A DNA stretch of 64,000 nt from Phoronis australis (lineage: Eukaryota > Animalia > Phoronida), in assembly GCA_002633005.1 (NCBI GenBank), contig NMRA01000380.1:370834-434833 (forward strand), written 5' to 3'. Numbering within the stretch: the stretch's first letter is position 1; each line of letters starts with the position of its first letter. Positions 56,901 through 64,000 of this stretch are shown here, piece by piece. The position numbers and the translations under genes are program-made. The notes beneath the pieces are model-generated. The model saw only the letters and a program-made list of their open reading frames with translations. It was not told the origin of the DNA and searched no databases.

Positions 56901-59799
56901 TGTCGTACATCTTTGCTGGTTCACCTAAAATGGTACCAACATTTGAAAACAGAAAAAGTGGACCATAACTGACTTGGCTAGTCGGCACGCAACGCTGGCA
57001 ACTATATACCAATGAAACATTGATTAGTATTGTCATGAATGTTAAAACCAGTGCATTCCCTCCACAGCACTTGCATTCAATCATGGTTAATGAAAAAATG
57101 AAAATCATGAGTCATGTTTGAAATGCACAGAGACAAGTCATATATTAAAAAATGTTGAGCCACCTTTAAAAACTTTGGTCTGGCCTGAGCTAAGCTGAAA
57201 AATAAACATTTTTTTTACATGTAAGTGTTACATCGCACACGGCTGAGTCAGAATTCATGACCTGAACCACAGCGCGAAGCTCAAGTTCTCGACTCTCGTG
57301 TCTGGCCTGGCCAAGCACATATTAATACTCATTACAACGGCAGACACTCGTAAAACAATGATGAGTTAAACAAAGAAAAGGACCACTGTTGTTTAATTCT
57401 ACAATAGTTACCATTAATAAAATGATCGCCGCAGACTCTTGAGCTCTTGGTCGGTTCATCTTTGCGCCCTATGTTTGCCAACCACAACCTCCGTCGTTCC
57501 TCGGTTAACTTTCGAGTGAATTCTCCCTCATGAAGCCTAATCGTAGGAATCGAATGGAATGATCTCTTCATCTTACCGTCATTGCGGTTTGAACAACCTC
57601 GAACCCAACAGGAATGCACCATTTTGCAAGATTAATTGAAAACACTTCACCCACAGAATACACACAGCCTCACGTACACAACCCCGAAGCTTGCCTCTAA
57701 AGATGGCCGACGGCAACGAAGTGCCCGTATGAATGACGTCACGCGAAAACTAAGTATACTGAAAAGTGGTTGACACATCAGTTGCATTGTGGGTAATTAC
57801 CTAAGTATAAGAGTGACACCGAGAGAGGTTGCCCATAAATACTCACTGGATAGGCCACTTCAATGGTGGTCAAACATTCACAAGCAGTCGATCGCAGAGT
57901 TCGGTCGCAGCCATTGTTAACTTTGGCAACAACCGTCAACAGGACATTCACAAAATTGATAAACAACACAATTTCACCAGTTACCTATAAAATACAAACG
58001 AGTTCAGTGATATGCATTTGCCCAAAACGTCCAACAAATTAATTTGCAAATTATATCCGGAATTCGTCAGTTTTATAAACTAGTCATGTCAACATCCAAT
58101 AAATTCATTTAAAAATTTAACAGAAAAGTGGGACAAAATTCCAATCTCATTGCATAACATTGTAGATGGACTTTAGCTTTGCAGGTGGAAAACCAGCATA
58201 AGGTCTAGGAAGCCTCAGGAAATTGCTGTTGTGCAGTAGAAGGTTACAGGCCTGGGTACTGTATGGACATTTGGCTAGTAGCATGCATAAAAACCAAGCC
58301 ACCAAAAATACACAAATTTGAAGCATTCAGTGAATAGAAATGGAAGATTTTTAAATTGAGCTAAAAAATATATAATTAATTCATATTTTTCAACTAACAA
58401 AATTGAGTTGTGAATTCGGCTTGCTTCTATTCATTCTGGTTTTTTTCTTCAAACTTAACCAATCATAACCTTACAGTGTCTAGCACAGAAGGGAATTCAA
58501 AATGTCTCCCTTTTACAAAAGGCCAATGGCAACAGGAGTCACCAGTATCACGTGTTCAGTCAACCATGTTAGGTGGCAAGTCTTATGCCAACCTCAACCC
58601 ACCTCTTTCACGCATTCAGACATTAGAACACAATCACCTGAGCTGAGTTATGAGAAAAGTGGCAAAGAACAATACATCAGCATGTAATTGTCTAGCTGGC
58701 AAACATTTTGGCATCATGGTAACTTTGAAGTAAAATACAAGCACCTCGCTAAACTTGTCATCGTTTAAATTGTCAGTCTACTTAAGTAGTCACTTTTTCT
58801 TGGTCCCGATTACTCGCAGATTCAGCTACATGTAAAAGTTTGTGGTCAAGTACCCTAAAAAAATAAATTCTATTTAAGTCATCATTATCTCATCATTCAA
58901 AAGCGGAATCTGTCCTGACACTTGTGTGCAAAATTTTCCCAGTAAGTCGTCACCAATGGCCTTGTGCCGTCATGCATATTCATAACAAGTACGATTGTGA
59001 CGGCTTGAGTTCACGTAAAGTAGCCCTCATAGTAACAAGAAATGTTGCAAACAGCAGTCAAAGTCAAACTTCACTCGTATAAAATACGTAGTCTCCAAAG
59101 CAACCTCAGTCATCAACAATGAAACTAAATTCAAAATGAATATCATGACAAAAACAACCTTTATCTAAACTTATCAATCCACACATTTTTTTCATCAGAA
59201 ATCAATGATGTGGAAATTGATATACCCAACCACCATCGCTATGCCAATTCATGTATATCGCACCTAAGTTGTCAAAACAACTTGACAGAACTTATCACTT
59301 GGAAAAGTCATCGCTTTTTCCGCAGTCTTGAAGATGACAAGTTAAGCAAGGCCACTTTTTACCTAAGTTGTCAAAACAACTTGACAGAACTTATCACTTG
59401 GAAAAGTCATCGCTTTTTTCGCAGTCTTGAAGATGACAAGTTATGCGAGGCCACTTTTACTGACAACATACCACAGCAGCAGTGAAGAATAGCAGCATGG
59501 GTGCTCAGCATCGTGGGTAAAATATGTGGTATTTCGAAACAGTACAATTAATCATTATTATAGACAGCACTCACAAGTTGATCTGAAGTAATCAACAGGT
59601 TGGTGATGGTGACCAAGATTTGACCCATATAGCAGATGTTGGTGGCTCCATCTGGTGACATCTGAAGGAAGATATCCTGGAGTGAGGCTGTCACTTGTTC
59701 TACACAGTTTGGAGTAGAACAGAGGAGAGAGCTGTACTCTTGTATCAAACCCAGCAGGTGGATCTTGGTCTGCACAGCAACCGTGTCTAAACACAGTGC
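17967..59799 (-). CDS. AP5B1: AP-5 complex subunit beta-1, 21 coding exons (first exon not found)
   Basis: Exons in transcript order: 59575-59799, 57847-57984, 49793-49978, 49129-49344, 46749-46823, 45908-46051, 45290-45425, 44401-44557, 43742-43831, 40448-40583, 39688-39823, 28513-28619, 26510-26579, 24768-24834, 23291-23435, 22820-22898, 22188-22223, 20958-21018, 20172-20339, 19174-19280, 17967-18127. All are AG/GT-bounded and phase-compatible; total 2640 nt = 879 aa + stop. Motifs recalled from AP5B1 include [69 protein letters not shown] and [14 protein letters not shown]...[10 protein letters not shown]. Confidence 0.9.
29526..29925. mobile_element. Degenerate MITE related to the 17006-17162 element
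   Basis: TA|CCGTACTCGTCCGGGTTACCGCCC ... GGGTGTTAATCCAGATGAGTATACAG|TA, with internal GGGCGTTAACCC motifs. Confidence 0.6.
30861..30961. repeat. 28-bp minisatellite, ~3.5 copies
   Basis: AACTGTAATGTTTAATTGCCAAGCCTAA repeated head to tail. Confidence 0.9.
32511..38089 (+). CDS. Nested antisense two-exon gene (32511-32634, 37740-38089): N-terminal hydrophobic anchor plus Ser/Thr-rich mucin-like region, ~157 aa
   Basis: [41 protein letters not shown] ends at G|GTAGGT (phase 1). TTTCAG|AA ACA ACA continues in phase as [25 protein letters not shown]...STVMVTN*. It lies wholly within AP5B1 intron 28620-39687. Confidence 0.55.
35245..37254. mobile_element. Harbinger-like non-autonomous TIR element with ~65-bp inverted repeats and CAG TSD, enclosing a satellite array
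   Basis: CAG|TGTCCGATTACATAAACAGTTCCAAATAGGGACTAGACTAAGTTCCCTGAATC matches the reverse complement of GATTTAGGGAACATAGTCGAGTCCCTATTTGGGACTGTTTCATGCAACCGGACA|CAG. Confidence 0.7.
35480..36965 (+). repeat. Satellite array: ~145-bp subunits in a 3-subunit ~440-bp higher-order repeat, each subunit with a CCACTAGRKGGCRC-like motif
   Basis: Motifs at ~35490, 35605, 35746, 35898, 36037, 36184, 36334, 36476, 36621, 36779 and 36924; like subunits recur every ~410-450 bp. Confidence 0.85.
37258..37538. mobile_element. Small Harbinger-like MITE
   Basis: GAGTCTGTTCCATGAGAAGTGACTTA versus reverse complement of the right end GGGCCTGTTTTGTGAAAAGCGACTTA. Confidence 0.55.
42030..43600 (+). repeat. Second, more diverged array of the same satellite family
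   Basis: GCACTAGGGGGCAC (~42041), GTCACTAGAAGGTGC (~42322), GCCACTAGGGGGCAC (~42954) and CCCACTAGGAGGCAC (~43249), with the same AAATTTCA/AAAGATCC spacer blocks. Confidence 0.7.
46172..46385. repeat. ~42-45-bp minisatellite, ~5 copies, in an AP5B1 intron
   Basis: CACAATTTGGGCTCACAACTAATCACGCTACTATGTTGGGA unit; explains the repetitive ORFs 46106-46351 and 46205-46504. Confidence 0.9.
51511..53751 (+). CDS. SWIM zinc finger + YqaJ/lambda-exonuclease-like nuclease (transposon ORF2); exons 51511-52095 and 52705-53751; 543 aa
   Basis: [23 protein letters not shown]. YqaJ motifs TRLQ...[39 protein letters not shown]. Donor AAG|GTAAAT and acceptor TTTCAG|GTT are both phase 0. Confidence 0.9.
54299..57622 (-). 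CDS. THAP + HTH + DDE_Tnp_4 (Harbinger/ISL2EU family) transposase; exons 57412-57622, 56801-56924, 54299-55460; 498 aa
   Basis: THAP C-x4-C...W...VCGDHF is completed by DWAPTL in exon 2. [31 protein letters not shown]. Catalytic IIDCFE, LADRGF and RIHVERVIG are intact. Splice phases 1 and 2 join in frame (211+124+1162 nt). Confidence 0.9.
55786..57110. repeat. Direct duplication 55786-56366 / 56368-57110 split by an N; second copy has an extra 162 bp; probable haplotype overlap
   Basis: Identical 130-aa ORFs at offset 744; N at 56367; both copies begin TAATTGCGATTTTTA; 56383-56544 is present only in copy 2. Confidence 0.85.
59262..59460. repeat. 99-bp tandem duplication
   Basis: ACCTAAGTTGTCAAAACAACTTGACAGAAC...GGCCACTTTT occurs twice, at 59262 and 59361. 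Confidence 0.9.
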
Positions 59800-59978
59800 C
59801 TGAAGTAAAAAATTCTAAATTAAATTTAATTTAATTCTCCCACAACTGCCAATTCAAAAGGTAATTGTTACTATCACCAGTAGGGTGTTTCTCAAAGACC
59901 TTTGGCTAAAAACCAGTCTACGAATGGCTTAGGCTGTTTCATGAAATCCGGCTAAGGCTAAGTCACAGAAATCTGTAT

Positions 59979-62153
59979 CAGGGCTCGACATAACGAGCTG
60001 CAGGTCGCATTTGCTACCTGAAATTTGGAAATGCGAGCTGAGATTTTTGTCAGCTGGTATCAAGTCGCAAAATGCGACCTGGAATTTCCAACGAATGCGA
60101 GCTGAATTTTTACAGTTCTCAACAGATACCTGGCAAATACAAAGCAGCTCTTGTTAATCCGACCGTTATTTGGTTGTTGCCAAATCCAAGTTCAAAAGAA
60201 CACTAACCGAGAACAGCCCTCCCGATGACTTGTAACCAAGTCGCATGAACATGGGATATGCAGAATCGATGTTTGACGCGTTTCATTGGCTAACACTTTC
60301 GGCCACTTTTGTAAATTCCCGGATTCGCCGAAGAAAGTTTCGGGCCACTGCTTAACACGTGATAAAACTTCACAAAACGACGGTGTTTCTACTAATTCTT
60401 AAGCGATCAACTTACCAAACTTTGTGGTGGACAAAAATGTTTATTTTTCACATAAGATGTCCTTATTACATGTACCAAATATCCAAGACAATATCCCTAA
60501 TATCGCAATGCGGCACCGTTAGTGCGCAAGCGGTCCCTTCAGACAATCGTGACTTAGACTGAGATGTGCTTCCCCTTTTTATCGTATTAAGACAGCCAAA
60601 GTGAAAACGACGGTCACGTCTTTACTTTCAGCTGCCAAGAAATTCTCAAACCCTTTACTTGTTTGGCTGGGGCTACGTGCGCGAAATATGATTTGTCTTT
60701 CACACGTTGTTGCCAACGTAAAGTGTAGGTCTACTCCAGCGATTCAAGTGCGTGAACTCACGCGTGCATACAACTTCAAAGAACGGCGACAGTCCTAAAT
60801 GAAAGAGTATACCGGCTTGGCTCTGGTTTATTTGAAAATGAACTCAGATTCCCAGCGGTTATAAAAGACCCGATGTCCCGGGACCGATATAACCCAGAAT
60901 TGACGTTTTCCTGTTCCGATGTTTCCCGAGGTCGATGTTCTGTAAACCCTGTATTCTATGCCCGTAGTCAGCTATTGCAACTAAACTGGCACTAGATGCG
61001 AAATTGTGGTTCAAGTTAGCGAACTTTTCATTCTTCTTTACATACACCCCCCCCCTCCCCGGCAACTTTTCGCTCCCCGAACCACCGTCGCCGTCAAATG
61101 TTCAGACTCCTATAGAAACAACCTTGTTCCGGCTGAAGCGGGCAGTTAAAAACAAAACCATTCCGGGTGGCTAAAAAGGGTACAATGTAGGTGGTAACGA
61201 TATCCAGAAAGTCATCCCACTAGATGGCGTTTGCCTCGCAAAATCGTATTATTATAACGTTTCTTACCATTGCAGCGTTTTAATATCTTATTACCGCAAA
61301 CACTGAGGTTAACGACTATGCTCACGCACAAGCCCACTCCCTATCTTTAAAGTGTTTCATAATAAGCGCTCACTGATCTATTAAAAGTCCCCTCTTAAAT
61401 GTTGAAAATTTCCAATTAAGCGCCCACAGTTCAAGCTAGCGCCCATCATGGCGCACTACAAACGACCCGCGCGTGTGGTTTAAAATTGTCACGCAGCTTA
61501 TGTGGTGTGTCACTTTCATTTTACACAACTTCAGTTTTCAAAAACGTCTTTTCACAATATGTAAAAACCAAATCCCGGCATTGTTTTATCTCTCGGAAAG
61601 GAAGTTAACACCAGTGACATGCGTGTCGTTTTGTGACTGACCTATTTTTCCCGTACTTGGAAGGTATTGAGAAGCTAACTCGCCGTTACCCGAGTTAGTT
61701 TGAATCATTAACGACTTTGATGACAGCCAGTAGCAGGCCAGATCTAACAAAATCCCGGATACTTTTTCAACGGGCATTTTCTCCCTTTTCACATCGCAAA
61801 TTTAGCTACTCGAATGCACAAGTCAGTTAGAGAGCACTGATTCAACTTTCACGTCGGCAACTTGCCTTGCGCTCTAGAGTCTTTCAATGGCGGTCGTGAA
61901 GAACAGTAAGGCCGTACCTGCATGAATGAAGTCAATTTTGAGATCCGAAAGTTGTGAGTATTTAACTATGCAGGTAAGAGCATAATCTAAACATTTTCTC
62001 GATGATCTAAAAAATCTATTTTGGCGCGTAAAAATGGCGGGAAAATTTTGCGACCTGGCATTTACGAATGCGAGCTGGATTTTGAAAATGCGACCTGGGA
62101 TTTTGGCTAGGTCGCAAAATGCGACCTGGCGATTTTAATAGCGTCGAGCCCTG
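59979..62153. mobile_element. Non-autonomous hAT-like TIR element (2.2 kb) with 5-bp TSD TGTAT
   Basis: TGTAT|CAGGGCTCGAC ... GTCGAGCCCTG|TGTAT; multiple subterminal TGCGA(C/G)CTG repeats at both ends; no transposase ORF inside. Confidence 0.8.
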
Positions 62154-62898
62154 TGTATACAACTCAAGGTAAAAAGACAGAAATCCTTAACCTACTCAGG
62201 AGTAGACTAAAAGCCAAAGCTAAAGGAAAAATAAACGCTTGTTACCTGAGAGTGTATATGTAAAGTAATCCCCAGGCCCCAGGGCTCGTATTTGGAAACG
62301 CCATATTTTTTACAGGGTGCCTGCAAATTCTTTGAGTCAACCGACACAAGCCTTGCCCATTACAGCCAACTACCAATTTACGAGAGAAACAATCTTGTAA
62401 ATGTCATTTGTGCATCATTCTCTATTTTTTGTAACAATAGAAAAGTCTGTCATCGCCTAACAGTATGCTCCAGTAGCGGATATAGGATACCTTCCCATGC
62501 TATTTTGTAAGTGTCACGCCCTTCGCTCAGTCTCGCACTAGCCTTTGCCTAACTCACATGACACAGTTGAAATGCTTTGCGGTTATCCCGCATGTGGTGA
62601 AAAAGTTAGCGGTGACCAAAAAAGTGTAGTTGGAATTCTTCGCCAAAATCACCTCAATTCTCGTAACTAAGCTTTATCGAAGACATGTGTAAAAGTAGAA
62701 AGGACCACTGAAGAAAGTAAGTGCTTTTTTAAGTGATAGTTTTAAGTGTGGAATGTATTTTTGACGAGGTGAAAACTCCTAATCGGTGGTCAGATTTGGC
62801 CAACCCCCCGTTTAAAATACACTGACGAAATTTCATACAGAAAGCGATGGGAAGTATTGTAGCCCCTAACCAGCCAACCAAGGGGCTACGTGTTGCCT

Positions 62899-63852
62899 CA
62901 TAGGCGGATACCCAGGGGCCCCGGGCCCCCCCTCCCCTTGGCTGCCACAAAAAAATAAAACAATAAGAGCATGAGGAAATGTTGGGTTAATTAATTAACC
63001 CTGGTAATTAACATTATACGGCTGAAACAAGATTTAAAAATGTGTGCAACTTTAGTTTGTGAGTGTGTGTGTGTGCGAGAGTGAGGGGGTGGGCGGCTGA
63101 GACCCGATTTCAAGTGTCCGATTCAGACAACCGGCGCAATCGTAACGGAGCTATGGCTAAGTAATGGTGCTCTCGGTCGATATGTGCGTGATATCCCAGG
63201 TGACCGGCAGTGGCGCTGCGCACTAGCATTCTGTTTCCTTCGTCTGCTCCACTGTGCAATGAAAAAAATTACTTTCATTTTTTCTGAGTGACGATAAAGA
63301 AACAGAAGATGCTTGTAATATGTGAATTTTAATCGAAGCCTTAGTGAATCACTCAGAAACTCATAATTCTCTCTTTGTCAAACATTAAAATTAAGACGAT
63401 TTCCAAAGCAATCGCATCATTGGTTAATGCTAACATAAAAAATGGATTTGGTCTTTGAGCAACTGAAGACCATAATTTTAAACACAACAACTTTTGTTAC
63501 GAACTGATTGCACAAAATATAAAGAATGTAATAAGCATCACAAAAAAACGCTGTGGACCATAAACAAGCATGTTTCTTTATATTGAATTGTAAGTGGAAG
63601 CATGGTGCGGTAGTGCAGTGGTACAGCGCGCACGCTCAGGCAGACGAATTATGAGTTAAAGTCCATGGCAATTAGAGTTTTTCCACATCAACATGCTGTT
63701 TTTTTTTCCTTTTCTTTCTTTGATAATTCTTCAGAAATCAAGGAAAATGCTTGTTTTACAGGCAAAAACAAAATTTCTCCCCCCATTCGGTGCTATGTGC
63801 TTACAAAACAAAATCTTGGGCCTCCCCTTATGATATCCTAGATCCACCAATG
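62899..63852. mobile_element. Non-autonomous TIR element with 5-bp TSD TGCCT
   Basis: TGCCT|CATAGGCGGATA...GGGGCCCCGGGCCCCCCC ... GATCCACCAATG|TGCCT (imperfect TIR). Confidence 0.6.
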
Positions 63853-64000
63853 TGCCTAGCTATGATAAAGCTAGCTGGCTGGTTAGGCTTTGGATAGCCA
63901 GCCAGCTAGCTGTATGAAGACTATTGTAACAGGAGTGCCCTGGACATGATTATGTAAGTGAGATATATGCGCCCTCTAGTGGTCAAGCTGTGTATTACGT

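Larger units (their letters stand above)
51404..57751. mobile_element. ISL2EU-type (PIF/Harbinger-related) autonomous DNA transposon with two convergent genes, inserted in AP5B1 intron 49979-57846
   Basis: Termini AGTTTTC(T/G)CGT ... ACGCGAAAACT. Inverted subterminal motif GCCATCTTTA(A/G)AGGCAAGCTT at ~51447-51467 and ~57687-57707. Flanks TATACAT|...|AAGTATA. Encodes a DDE_Tnp_4 transposase plus a YqaJ nuclease, the ISL2EU gene pair. Confidence 0.88.

Noticed and set aside
55972-57108. Twin 130-aa ORFs as separate genes
   Set aside because: Only the central 124 nt is a real exon (transposase exon 2); the rest is intron read-through, and the doubling is probably artefactual.
62246-62304. MAFPNTSPGAW... 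as the missing first AP5B1 exon
   Set aside because: It ends in phase 2 whereas the next exon needs phase 0, and similarity is minimal.
63604-63665. tRNA gene (A-box-like TAGTGCAGTGGTA)
   Set aside because: The B box is degenerate and no cloverleaf forms; at most a SINE head remnant.

Overview
AT-rich, intron-rich animal genomic DNA (probably an invertebrate; this is inference). It is not prokaryotic, so most ORF-track entries are noise or partial exons. Hand splicing recovers five things. (1) The first coding exon of a flavin amine oxidase (- strand, 3648-3828). (2) A head-to-head, roughly 180-210 aa multi-exon gene on + (about 4281-16269) resembling vertebrate C5orf47/DUF4680. (3) A 21-exon, phase-consistent AP-5 complex subunit beta-1 gene (AP5B1, - strand, 17967-59799, 879 codons, first exon not found). 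(4) A two-exon TM-anchor plus Ser/Thr-rich gene nested antisense in an 11-kb AP5B1 intron. (5) An apparently intact ISL2EU-type (PIF/Harbinger-related) DNA transposon at 51404-57751, inside another AP5B1 intron. It carries convergent, spliced THAP-HTH-DDE transposase and SWIM-YqaJ nuclease genes and has a shared YY1-like motif at both ends. The window also holds many non-autonomous TIR elements (two with 5-bp TSDs), two satellite arrays with a CTCF-like motif about every 145 bp, and two long duplications abutting single Ns that look like haplotype-overlap assembly artefacts. All homology calls come from remembered motifs, not database searches.
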